This document shows, piece by piece, positions 19,145 to 28,165 of a stretch of DNA of 64,000 bases. The notes under the pieces were generated by a model. That model was not told the DNA's origin and did not search any database. It was given only the letters and a program-made list of their open reading frames with translations. How positions within the stretch are numbered: the stretch's first letter is position 1; every line of letters starts with the position of its first letter. This DNA is from an uncultured Bacteroidia bacterium (lineage in GTDB: Bacteria; Bacteroidota; Bacteroidia; Bacteroidales; CAJPTX01). A program made the position numbers and the translations under genes. The stretch lies in assembly GCA_965240855.1 (NCBI GenBank), contig CBDEMG010000036.1, positions 15,917 through 79,916 of the forward strand, read 5' to 3'.

Positions 19145-20519
19145 CGCGTAGATTTTCATTAAATACCAAATGGGTACCGACTGCAGGTTGTTGAATCCCA
19201 TGGGTATAGCAGTATGCAATCTCGCCATTTATAAGAGTACGACGTATGAAAAACGACGTATTCATTGCATCGTAAGGCGACCAGTCGCATTTACTCTCGG
19301 CGGGTCTACTCCTTATAGGACGCGACTTGCTCTCTTCGCATACAAAGACCAAATCGGCGTAGTATCCCTCTCGAATAAATCCGCGATCTACTATCCCAAA
19401 AAGCTTGGCTGGTGTGTGTGCCATAAGTTCAACGATTTGCGTGAGAGGGATCTGCTCTCTGCGTGCTAGATTTAGCATCAAAATTAAGCTATACTGGATT
19501 GAGGGAATCCCTGAGGGAGAGTGCTCATAATCTTTCAGTTTCTCCGTGACAAGGTGTGGAGCATGGTCAGAGCCGATGGTTTGGATAACTCCTGTTTTGA
19601 TCGCTTCGAGCAATGCATGTTGATCGCTTGCGCTCTTGATGGCAGGATTGCATTTAATTTGCCACTGAAGAAGATCGTAGTCTGCTTCGTTAAAATAGAG
19701 ATAGTGTGGACAAGTTTCGCATGTTATTTTGCTTTGATATCGAGGCTCGAGATTCCTGAAAAGTTCTAACTCATTTGCTGCACTAAGATGTAGTACATGC
19801 AAGCGCGCATCATTTTCTTTAGCTAAGGTTTGTGCAAGTGCAACGCTTGCAACGCAAGATTGGGTAGAACGAATACGGGCATGCTCTGTAAAGGGGATAC
19901 CGTTAGAGAATGCTTTACGAGCTTTTGCCAAATTCTCTGCAATAATGCTGTCTGTTTCGCAATGCGTGGCGATAATCAGGGGCGACTCTTTAAAGATCTC
20001 GTTGAGATACGATGTGGTGGTGAGTTGCATTCCTCCAGTTGAAGATCCCATAAAGAGTTTAATTCCAGGTACAATGCGAGGATCGCAACGTCGTATTTCG
20101 TCTAGATTATCTTTACTAGCTCCTAGGTAGAAGGCGAAGTTGGCATACGAACGTCCTGCTGCGTGTTGTAATTTTTCGTGTACCGCAGCCAGGGAGGTTG
20201 TTTGTGGATTAGTATTGGGCATGTCGCAGTAGCTCGTTATGCCACCAGCCACTGCAGCTCGCGATTCACTTTCGATATCACCTTTGTGTGTAAATCCGGG
20301 ATCGCGGAAATGTACGTGGGTATCGATAACGCCAGGTAAAAGAAATTCTCCTCGTCCATTGATTTCGCTATAACGAAGTTTTGGATTTAGTGAGACGCTA
20401 TTCTGCGAAATCTGAGAGATGCGTCCATCTTTATCTACGACTAGACTTGCTTCTACGATATTGCCTTCATTTACGAGACGCACATCATGTATAACTAGAG
20501 GTAAAGGTCGTTTACACAT
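19128..20519 (-). CDS. pyrC: dihydroorotase (type I cyclic amidohydrolase)
   Basis: 463 aa. Motifs: GVIDTHVHFRDPG, IATHCE, HVLHLS and IGSDHAPH. Confidence 0.75.
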   Translation of the reverse strand: MCKRPLPLVIHDVRLVNEGNIVEASLVVDKDGRISQISQNSVSLNPKLRYSEINGRGEFLLPGVIDTHVHFRDPGFTHKGDIESESRAAVAGGITSYCDMPNTNPQTTSLAAVHEKLQHAAGRSYANFAFYLGASKDNLDEIRRCDPRIVPGIKLFMGSSTGGMQLTTTSYLNEIFKESPLIIATHCETDSIIAENLAKARKAFSNGIPFTEHARIRSTQSCVASVALAQTLAKENDARLHVLHLSAANELELFRNLEPRYQSKITCETCPHYLYFNEADYDLLQWQIKCNPAIKSASDQHALLEAIKTGVIQTIGSDHAPHLVTEKLKDYEHSPSGIPSIQYSLILMLNLARREQIPLTQIVELMAHTPAKLFGIVDRGFIREGYYADLVFVCEESKSRPIRSRPAESKCDWSPYDAMNTSFFIRRTLINGEIAYCYTHGIQQPAVGTHLVFNENLRDGKNE

Positions 20520-20535
20520 TTCACATTTTCACCTA

Positions 20536-21294
20536 TTAGGCGTGCTCCCTACTACGTTTGTGAGAAAAGCCAAAACGCATTCGTATTACACCCCACAAAG
20601 CTTCGGAGAAGATTCCGCCCGACATTTTAGAGGTTCCTCGCTTTCGATCTGTGAAGATAATGGGAACTTCGACGAGTTTGTAGCCCATACGATAGGCTAC
20701 GTATTTCATTTCGATCTGGAAACCATAGCCTCTCATCCGAATGGGATGTGATAAGATTTCTTTGAGTACCGTTGCGCGATAGCAAACAAACCCTGCCGTA
20801 GCATCGCGTATAGGCATACCACTAATAATTCTCACGTATATTGATGCGCAGTAGCTCATCAACACGCGTCCAAGAGGCCAATTAACCACATTTACTCCGC
20901 TTACATAGCGAGAACCGATGGCGACATCACCCTCTTGTTCTTCGCATGCTACAAGTAAATGTGGTATATCGTTAGGGTTGTGAGAGAAATCGGCATCGAT
21001 CTCGCACAAATAAGTATAATCTCGTTCTAACCCCCAAGCAAAGCCTGCTAAATATGCAGAACGTAAACCTTGCTTACCACTCCGATGTAGGAGGTTGATA
21101 CGTGTATCTTGGCGAGTTGCGATAAGCTGTTCTACGTATTCCCAAGTACGATCAGGTGAATTGTCGTCGACCACCAAAACATCTACTTTCGATGGGAGTC
21201 CTAACAGAGCGTCTAGAATTTGCGCAATATTCTCGCGTTCGTTGTAGGTTGGTACGACTACTAAGCAACTAGACATGTTGTTATAATTCTGCAC
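20536..21294 (-). CDS. GT2 polyprenol-phosphate mannosyl/glycosyl transferase (Dpm1-like)
   Basis: LVVVPTYNERENIAQILDAL...VLVVDDNSPDRT...ICEIDADFSHNP. 252 aa. Confidence 0.8.
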   Translation of the reverse strand: MQNYNNMSSCLVVVPTYNERENIAQILDALLGLPSKVDVLVVDDNSPDRTWEYVEQLIATRQDTRINLLHRSGKQGLRSAYLAGFAWGLERDYTYLCEIDADFSHNPNDIPHLLVACEEQEGDVAIGSRYVSGVNVVNWPLGRVLMSYCASIYVRIISGMPIRDATAGFVCYRATVLKEILSHPIRMRGYGFQIEMKYVAYRMGYKLVEVPIIFTDRKRGTSKMSGGIFSEALWGVIRMRFGFSHKRSREHA

Positions 21295-22039
21295 TAGGTT
21301 CTAATACCATCTCTTCTTGCAACCAGTATGCACGTGGAGTGCGTTTATCTTGTGCTAATTTTTGCCACGAAACAGGAAGCTGAAAGGCTAAGTAACAGAT
21401 ATTTTTACCGCGTTCACGAAAAAAGCGCTCGTAGTACGTGGAGAGCAGTAAGAGAGGGAATGCTCCTAGAATATTATCTATGTTGTCGTATGCATGAAGA
21501 ACCCTACCTCCGATAGCTTGAATCTCGTCTAGAGTAAAGTGGTAGAGCTCTTGGCTATCTGTCTTTAAATGGATTACACCCGAGGGTGCGAGTATGCGTG
21601 CATAAAGTTGTAAAAAAGTGCGCTCTGTGAGTCGTTTTTTTGCGCGTCGTTCCTTTAATTGAGGATCTGGGAATGTGAGCCAGAGATTGGCAATCTCCGA
21701 CGGAGCAAAGAAGGCACTTAATGTTTCGATCTTCCCACGTATAAAAGCCACATTCGATAGAGATTCGCGGGCTACCGTACTGGCTCCCACCCAAAGACGA
21801 GCGCCTTTGATATCCATCCCTATAAAATTGGCGGCGGGTTGCATCTTTGCCATCTCTATAGTGTATTCGCCGCGTCCACATCCAAGTTCTAATGTGATGG
21901 GGGCTGTATTGTGGAACTGGAGATTATGCCACTGTCCACGGAGCGTAAATTCGCCATCCCAAACTTCGCTAAAGTTTGGTTGGTATAAGAAGTTATAATT
22001 TAAATTGTCGCGAAAACGAGCCAACTTATTCTTCGCCAT
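21281..22039 (-). CDS. trmB: tRNA (guanine46-N7)-methyltransferase
   Basis: LELGCGRGEYTIEMAKMQPAANFIGMDIKGARLW...LTFPDPQLKERRAKKRL. Confidence 0.88.
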   Translation of the reverse strand: MAKNKLARFRDNLNYNFLYQPNFSEVWDGEFTLRGQWHNLQFHNTAPITLELGCGRGEYTIEMAKMQPAANFIGMDIKGARLWVGASTVARESLSNVAFIRGKIETLSAFFAPSEIANLWLTFPDPQLKERRAKKRLTERTFLQLYARILAPSGVIHLKTDSQELYHFTLDEIQAIGGRVLHAYDNIDNILGAFPLLLLSTYYERFFRERGKNICYLAFQLPVSWQKLAQDKRTPRAYWLQEEMVLEPSAEL

Positions 22040-22517
22040 TCTCTTTTTCTAGGTGCCGGTAAATCTGAATCCCAAAATCCTCTATACCTAAGAGCGATTC
22101 GTAACGCATACCATGACGAATACGGAAAACATACTTACCTAAGATGCCAAAGCGGAAATTTGTATGGTAAGGGAGTAAGATTTGTTTTGAATGCGAGAAA
22201 CCGCGTCCGTACCATTTCCCCTCAGGGGAGGCAAGCATAAATTGTACAGTATCGAAGACAGACATATTGTAGGGGGAGACGAGCTCTACATACAAATAGA
22301 TGTTGGCATGTGGATACTGCGCATCGTGACGGAGATAAAAGTACAAGTCGTGCTGTTGGTTGGTATCTCTATTTTCATAAACAAACGATAGGATACTATC
22401 TTTGTGCCACCCAGAGGTATTAAATGAGCAGTCGGCAGAGTATTCGATATCACCATTACAAGAGAAGAATGCGAAGCTTGCGGCAGCGAGCACGCAGAGT
22501 AATAAGAATCTACGCAT
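22026..22517 (-). CDS. gldH: GldH-like lipoprotein
   Basis: Lipoprotein signal MRRFLLLCVLAAASFAFFSC. 163 aa. The W-x-KD...F pattern and LRHDAQYPHANIYLYVEL fit my recollection of GldH-family proteins, and the gene sits directly downstream of a PSP1-domain gene. Confidence 0.5.
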   Translation of the reverse strand: MRRFLLLCVLAAASFAFFSCNGDIEYSADCSFNTSGWHKDSILSFVYENRDTNQQHDLYFYLRHDAQYPHANIYLYVELVSPYNMSVFDTVQFMLASPEGKWYGRGFSHSKQILLPYHTNFRFGILGKYVFRIRHGMRYESLLGIEDFGIQIYRHLEKENGEE

Positions 22518-24066
22518 TGTTGGAATCTTCGTTTTTATTCTTACTCTCGTCTACTTGTTGTTTTGGTGTCAAATCTTGTTCGCCTCTGGTGCGATGGCTA
22601 TTTTGACGATGTTTGTTTGTGTGTGTATGAGATGTTCCTGTTGTCGAATTTTTAGTAGGGAGTTCCTTTTCTCTGCGAGGTTGTTGATGCTGTAGAGTCC
22701 TCTGCTGTTTCGTTTCGCCTTGTGACGTTTGCGATTCGGAATTTACTGCTTGTGTTTTATTATTAGACTCTCCTTTGCTTAAATCTCTACGCGGCTTTTG
22801 CTGTTCGTTATTTTTTTTAGTTTCTTCCTGCGGTTTTATTGTATTTTTTTTCGAGGGATTATTTTGGCTTTCTGTCTGGGTATTTGCACTTTCTGCACTC
22901 TTTGTATTGTTCTTTTTATTCTTATTTCTGCCGTGATTTTTCTTTTTGGCACGGTCAAAACGTGTAAGACTTTCCTCCTCAATCACATTGCCATACCCTA
23001 GTTGTGTCTCTTCCTCTTGCATACTGTTTTGCGCAAACTGGAAAGTAGCTAAAGCTACTCCCTTACGTCCAGAATGATTCAATTCCAGAATCTCATTGAC
23101 TTGTTCACTTGTTAGCATAAGGAGGGGTTCTATGCCCTTTGGGGAGGTAGAGAAGTACATACAGTCGCGGAATAAATCGTTCTTGACGTGATACAAGACA
23201 CAATCCTCTAGTTGTAATGGAGCTTTTACGCGGGGTTGTTTCCGTTTGGCTTCGTTGTATACATCAACTTCGAAATTCAGACAACATTTTAGTTTGCCGC
23301 ATTGTCCTGCTTGTTTTTGAGGGTTGGGTGTGAGGTCTTGGAGTTTTACAATCCCTGTCGTCACCGAGGAAAATTTCCTTAGCCATTTCCCACAGCAAAT
23401 TGTACGACCGCAACTCCCGATTCCTCCAATGCGTGCAGCTTCTTGTCGCGGACCAATTTGTCGCATTTCGATCCGGATTTTGAATTCGCCAGCCAATGCT
23501 CGTACTAATTCGCGGAAATCAACTCGCTGTTCGGCACTGTAGTAAAAGAGGGCTTTGCTCCCGTCGCCTTGAAATTCAACGTCCGAGATTTTCATCTGTA
23601 AGTGCATCTCTTGTGCGATGACACGTGCACGCAACATAGTGGCGAGTTCGCGATCGGTTGCTTCTATCCAACGTTCTATATCTTGTGGCGTTGCTTTTCG
23701 GTAGAGATCGGGAAGAGGTTCAATAGAGTGTTCGTCGTCCTCATTTAGGCATTGTTGCTGTTGGTACTGACGCTGTGCTAACCAGCCAGTGAGGCAAACC
23801 ACGCCGATATCATGACCTCCTAGAGCCGATACAGCTACGACATCGCCTCGGCGTACAGGTAGCATTGTCCGATTTGCATAAAAGCCTCGGCGCGAATGTT
23901 TAAATTGTACTTGGACGATAGCGTTTTCGTGTATATCTTTTGTAAAATCTGCTCCCCAGTCGTACTCTCCAGCAGCTCCAAAACCAGAGTCGCAAATGTA
24001 AAATTCTCCGATCTCCTCTCTAACAAAGAGCTCACCACGAGAGCTAATAGTTTTTGATTTCTCCAC
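22510..24066 (-). CDS. PSP1-domain protein (RicT/YaaT-like) with a disordered C-terminal tail of about 150 aa
   Basis: PSP1 core: DVEFQGDGSKALFYYSAEQRVDFRELVRALAGEFKIRIEMRQIGPRQEAARIGGIGSCGRTICC...CGKLKCCLNFE. Residues from about 371 to 518 are K/N/Q/T/S/E-rich low complexity. Confidence 0.8.
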   Translation of the reverse strand: MEKSKTISSRGELFVREEIGEFYICDSGFGAAGEYDWGADFTKDIHENAIVQVQFKHSRRGFYANRTMLPVRRGDVVAVSALGGHDIGVVCLTGWLAQRQYQQQQCLNEDDEHSIEPLPDLYRKATPQDIERWIEATDRELATMLRARVIAQEMHLQMKISDVEFQGDGSKALFYYSAEQRVDFRELVRALAGEFKIRIEMRQIGPRQEAARIGGIGSCGRTICCGKWLRKFSSVTTGIVKLQDLTPNPQKQAGQCGKLKCCLNFEVDVYNEAKRKQPRVKAPLQLEDCVLYHVKNDLFRDCMYFSTSPKGIEPLLMLTSEQVNEILELNHSGRKGVALATFQFAQNSMQEEETQLGYGNVIEEESLTRFDRAKKKNHGRNKNKKNNTKSAESANTQTESQNNPSKKNTIKPQEETKKNNEQQKPRRDLSKGESNNKTQAVNSESQTSQGETKQQRTLQHQQPRREKELPTKNSTTGTSHTHTNKHRQNSHRTRGEQDLTPKQQVDESKNKNEDSNNA

Positions 24067-24139
24067 CTTTTATTTAGCTGTATTGTTTCTACAAAATTAC
24101 GAAAATCGCTTAACTACGTAGGATTCAAATCCCTCTAGC

Positions 24140-25753
24140 TTAAAACGAGATTTTCAAGCGAAAATGGAGCATCGTTTTTTGTAGCGGTAGCCAATGTTTT
24201 AATGCACGAAATTGTGATATCCCAATATTCAAGATACCTGCATTAGTGCGCAATTTAAGTTCTCCACCGTAGCTTATAGCCCATCGTTCCATATCTTGAT
24301 ATTTGAGCTCGCCGAGTTGTGTTGTAATACCCCCTCGGAATGTAGAACCGAGCGTGCTACCTATTTCCAATCCCAGATAGGTGTAGCGAGGGGTAGAAAG
24401 GTAATCTTCGCTTAAACCTTTGAAATGTCCCGCACCTCCAAAATAGAAGTTTTCCCAGGGGTATTCTTTTCCTTCTTTCCGATTCCATAAATACCCCTTT
24501 CCTACAATATCGCAACTTAGGTAAATCCATTTGCTGATGGAAGAAGTATAATGGAAAATCAACTCGTATCTACTTACTGTTTTAGGTGTTTCTCTAGTAA
24601 GTGCACGTTTTCCAATATCTATAAAAGAGTGTAGAAAGAGACCATCCAGCCATCTTCTGTCTTTAATTTTACGATAGATATAGCCGATTTTCCAGAAGAG
24701 AGAATTACTACGAATGGGAGCATCGTTTTCCACCTCATTCCATAGTGCAACAGAATTTTCTATAGAACTTAAAAGCGTATGGAATTTCGTTATACGGAAA
24801 CTTACCCCTCCCTCGAATTGCCATTTATACTTTGTCGAATCTCGGATTTCGGCGGCACATTGTCCTGTTATTCCCCATACACTACCAAACAAGTAAGGGT
24901 ATGTAAACGCGAGTAGTCCTTTTTGCCACTGTTTTCCATTCCCTTTCCAACGAAGCTTTAGGTGTTCGTTGCGGTGCAAAAGATCGCTCAGGGCAAGTTC
25001 TACATTACCGAAAAGATGGATTTCTTTATTATTACTTGGTTGAATGCCGAGTTGTCCTTCGGCATAGCTTGCGGCGTGTCGATCTACGAAGAGATGAAGT
25101 CGTAGAGTGCCAGTATCTAAAAGTTCGAGTACTGGTTTTTCGCGAGAGACGTATTCGGAGTAGAGGCGTAGTGTTTCGTCTAGTTCTTCGATTTGGTAGC
25201 TTGCCAAAGGGGAATTTTGTGGAATGCCGAGCAATAAAAACCATCGCCACATTGGAATTGTGAAATTTCCATGATGTTCGATGGCTACGATTTTTTTTGG
25301 TGTAGACTCGCTCTCTAAAAAATGTAAGTATCCGTTGTGGTTCTCTAGTTTGTAGAGCTGTGCTTCGAGCATACTCTCAACTTTTGCATTGCGCTTCAAG
25401 TTGTTTTGTGCTTGTCTTTTAGCCAACGATTGAAGAGCATTGTCCGTCCATGTATGAAGCGTATCGTTTAGCTGTAGGTGGTAACGTTGATTGGGAGAAA
25501 TATATACAGCAAAAAGCCCTGCAAGTGAGTCGTAGTATACGATACTATCTAGGTGAGCCGCCAAGTAGCCAGAATCGACGAGCTGCTCCATTATAGTTCG
25601 GCTCTTATCTACTAACTTGTCTGCTGTAAAAAGTTTGCAGAGGGGAGCAGAAGAGACGTTACTCTCTTGTGCACGAGTTTTTACAACATCTGTTACTAAC
25701 AGGGTATATACCCCAAAGAACAATAGGAGGTAAAAACGTGCTCGAAACATCAT
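24140..25753 (-). CDS. hypothetical outer-membrane beta-barrel protein
   Basis: Signal peptide MMFRARFYLLLFFGVYTLLVTDVVKTRAQ. The C-terminal half has alternating aromatic/Gly beta-strand character, and the last residue is Phe (...HFRLKISF). Confidence 0.5.
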   Translation of the reverse strand: MMFRARFYLLLFFGVYTLLVTDVVKTRAQESNVSSAPLCKLFTADKLVDKSRTIMEQLVDSGYLAAHLDSIVYYDSLAGLFAVYISPNQRYHLQLNDTLHTWTDNALQSLAKRQAQNNLKRNAKVESMLEAQLYKLENHNGYLHFLESESTPKKIVAIEHHGNFTIPMWRWFLLLGIPQNSPLASYQIEELDETLRLYSEYVSREKPVLELLDTGTLRLHLFVDRHAASYAEGQLGIQPSNNKEIHLFGNVELALSDLLHRNEHLKLRWKGNGKQWQKGLLAFTYPYLFGSVWGITGQCAAEIRDSTKYKWQFEGGVSFRITKFHTLLSSIENSVALWNEVENDAPIRSNSLFWKIGYIYRKIKDRRWLDGLFLHSFIDIGKRALTRETPKTVSRYELIFHYTSSISKWIYLSCDIVGKGYLWNRKEGKEYPWENFYFGGAGHFKGLSEDYLSTPRYTYLGLEIGSTLGSTFRGGITTQLGELKYQDMERWAISYGGELKLRTNAGILNIGISQFRALKHWLPLQKTMLHFRLKISF

Positions 25754-25786
25754 TTTCCTAACGTTGGAAAAGAAAAAATATTTAAT

Positions 25787-25794
25787 TACATTTG
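25787..25794 (+). promoter_or_regulatory. candidate -7 promoter element TACATTTG for cysQ
   Basis: Matches TAnnTTTG. It lies 32 nt upstream of ATG 25826, in the divergent intergenic region. Confidence 0.4.
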
Positions 25795-25825
25795 TATTAA
25801 GCGTATTTTTTTATGGGGTTAGAGT

Positions 25826-26707
25826 ATGAGTTTAGACAAAAATGTAGTAGAAACGTTATGGCAAGATGCCATCTTTGCAACGATATCGGCCTCCAAAAAG
25901 GTTAAAGAAATTTACGATTCTGGCGACTTTGAAGTTAATATGAAGTCGGATGCAACTCCACTTACTAAGGCCGATAAAATTGCGGATACTGAAATACGCG
26001 AGAGGTTACGACATACTGTGATCCCTCTCCTTAGTGAGGAGGGGCGAGTAGTAACCTACGAGGAGCGAGCGAAATGGTCGCTTTTTTGGTTGGTCGATCC
26101 CATTGATGGGACGAAAGAATTTATCAAGGAAAATGGTGAATTTACCGTTAATGTAGCGCTCATTGAGGATGGTAGACCGATTATAGGAGTAATATGTCTT
26201 CCTTCGTTTGAGCGATTATACTTTGCTGCTCGCGATTTTGGGTCTTTTCGCTACGAAGAGCGTTGTATTGCTGGCTTACAGAGTTACGAAGAGTGTGCAC
26301 CGAGAGAGTTATTGAAGCGGTCGTCGCAATTACCTCTTCCGCAGGAATCGGATCACAGGTTTACGGTAGTAAGCAGCCGCTCGCACCTTGCCAAAGAGAT
26401 GTCCTCTTATTTTGAGGCACTGCGTCTCTTACACCCCGATATGATCGATATTCCCCAAGGCTCGTCCAAGAAATTTTGTATGGTAGCTGAAGGGACAGCC
26501 GATCTCTATCCTCGTCGAACACCAACATCTGAATGGGATACTGCAGCAGGTCAAGCTATATGCGAATTGGCTGGTTGCGAGGTCGTGAAGATGTTTAAAC
26601 CGCATCAGCCGATTAACTATAATAAGGAGGATATGAGAAATCCTGCCTTTTATGTTGTAAAGAAAAATATACAGAATCCAGTGTCTCTTCCTGAAATAGA
26701 AGAGTAG
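25826..26707 (+). CDS. cysQ: 3'(2'),5'-bisphosphate nucleotidase (inositol monophosphatase superfamily)
   Basis: LSEEG...WLVDPIDGTKEFI...WDTAAGQAI. Confidence 0.8.
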   Translation: MSLDKNVVETLWQDAIFATISASKKVKEIYDSGDFEVNMKSDATPLTKADKIADTEIRERLRHTVIPLLSEEGRVVTYEERAKWSLFWLVDPIDGTKEFIKENGEFTVNVALIEDGRPIIGVICLPSFERLYFAARDFGSFRYEERCIAGLQSYEECAPRELLKRSSQLPLPQESDHRFTVVSSRSHLAKEMSSYFEALRLLHPDMIDIPQGSSKKFCMVAEGTADLYPRRTPTSEWDTAAGQAICELAGCEVVKMFKPHQPINYNKEDMRNPAFYVVKKNIQNPVSLPEIEE

Positions 26708-26783
26708 TATTTTTTCGAGATATGTTTGCTTTGGTATACAAATCCCTGAAGCGATCTCCCAATAAGATGTAGGAGAGTTTGCC

Positions 26784-28142
26784 ATGGGACAGCTAAGACC
26801 TGTAGAAAGACGGGCACATTTCAACTCCCAGTTCGGACTTATAGCCGCGGCTTCTGGAGCTATGGTGGGGCTTGGCAATATTTGGCGTTTCCCAAGCGAA
26901 ACCGCCTCTAATGGCGGAGCATTATTCATTCTGATCTACATTGTTTGTGTAGCATTTATTGGCATTCCGCTTGCCATAGCCGAGTTTATGATAGGGCGTG
27001 CAGCGAACTCTAATGCTTATAGTGCATTTACTCACTTTGTTCCCAAAAAAGAGGGGTGGCAATGGTTAGGTGCGTTAGGAATTTTTGCAACGCTTTTGTT
27101 GATGGGGTACTATGTTGTCGTTGCAGGTTGGACGTTACAATATATTTATGCCTCCGTTTCGGGCGATCTTTCGCGCTATGCGAATATAGCGAAGGAGTTC
27201 GATGCTCTTGTAGGGAATCCTGAAAGACAGGTAGCGCTGGTAATCCTTTTTCTCTTTCTTTCGGCTATCGTGATTCATTCTGGAGTGCGAAGGGGAATCG
27301 AGCGTGCTTCTAAGATACTCATTCCCATACTCTTTGTCCTTCTTATAACGTTGGTGGCCGGAAGCCTAACCTTAAAGGGCGCGTCGCAGGGGCTGGCTTT
27401 TCTGTTACATCCCGATTTTTCGCAACTGCGTCCCTATTCTTTTCTAGATGCTTTGGGACAGGTCTTTTTCTCACTCTCTTTAGGGGGAGGGGTACTGATT
27501 ACGTATGGATCATATTTCCGTAAGGATACGCATTTAGTACGTGCTACTGCGGTTGTTGTCTGTTTCGATACTTTTGTTGCACTTCTTGCAGGTTTTATGA
27601 TCTTTCCGGCTTTATTTGCACTAACCCAGGGCGATGAGAGTGTTGTTACCGAGGCGCTGCATACTGGTGGTGTGGGGTTAGTATTTAAAGTGTTGCCAGC
27701 GTTGTGTTTACAGCTACCATGGTCCACCTTTTGGACAACTAGTTTTTTTGTTTTGTTGGTTATTGCAGCATTAACCACTACAATGAGTTATCTCGAGACT
27801 GTGACAGTTTTCCTAGAAGAGAAGGTGCGCTTATCGCGTCAGTGGGCTTCTGTAGTAGCAACGATTTTAATTTTTCTCCTTGCCATTCTTTGTTCCTATT
27901 CTGAGCAGGCATTTGATTTCTTCGATTTTATCTCAACTAAAGTTTTACTCCCTCTCGTCGGATTAGGAGTATCAATCTTTGTAGGGTGGCGACTCAAAAA
28001 AGCTGTGCTCTACGAGCAGCTCGTTCATTGTGGCTCGCGGAAATATTCGTCTCGTTTCTTGCATACTTATAGTTTTATTCTTCAATACGTTGCTCCTGTA
28101 GCCATCCTTTTCATATTAGTGTATGGATTAGTATTAGAGTAA
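26784..28142 (+). CDS. sodium-dependent transporter, SNF/NSS family (copy 1)
   Basis: GLGNIWRFPSETASNGGALFILIY...IAEFMIGR. About 11-12 TM helices, 452 aa. Confidence 0.88.
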   Translation: MGQLRPVERRAHFNSQFGLIAAASGAMVGLGNIWRFPSETASNGGALFILIYIVCVAFIGIPLAIAEFMIGRAANSNAYSAFTHFVPKKEGWQWLGALGIFATLLLMGYYVVVAGWTLQYIYASVSGDLSRYANIAKEFDALVGNPERQVALVILFLFLSAIVIHSGVRRGIERASKILIPILFVLLITLVAGSLTLKGASQGLAFLLHPDFSQLRPYSFLDALGQVFFSLSLGGGVLITYGSYFRKDTHLVRATAVVVCFDTFVALLAGFMIFPALFALTQGDESVVTEALHTGGVGLVFKVLPALCLQLPWSTFWTTSFFVLLVIAALTTTMSYLETVTVFLEEKVRLSRQWASVVATILIFLLAILCSYSEQAFDFFDFISTKVLLPLVGLGVSIFVGWRLKKAVLYEQLVHCGSRKYSSRFLHTYSFILQYVAPVAILFILVYGLVLE

Positions 28143-28165
28143 TCACCATAAAAATTTAGAGTATC

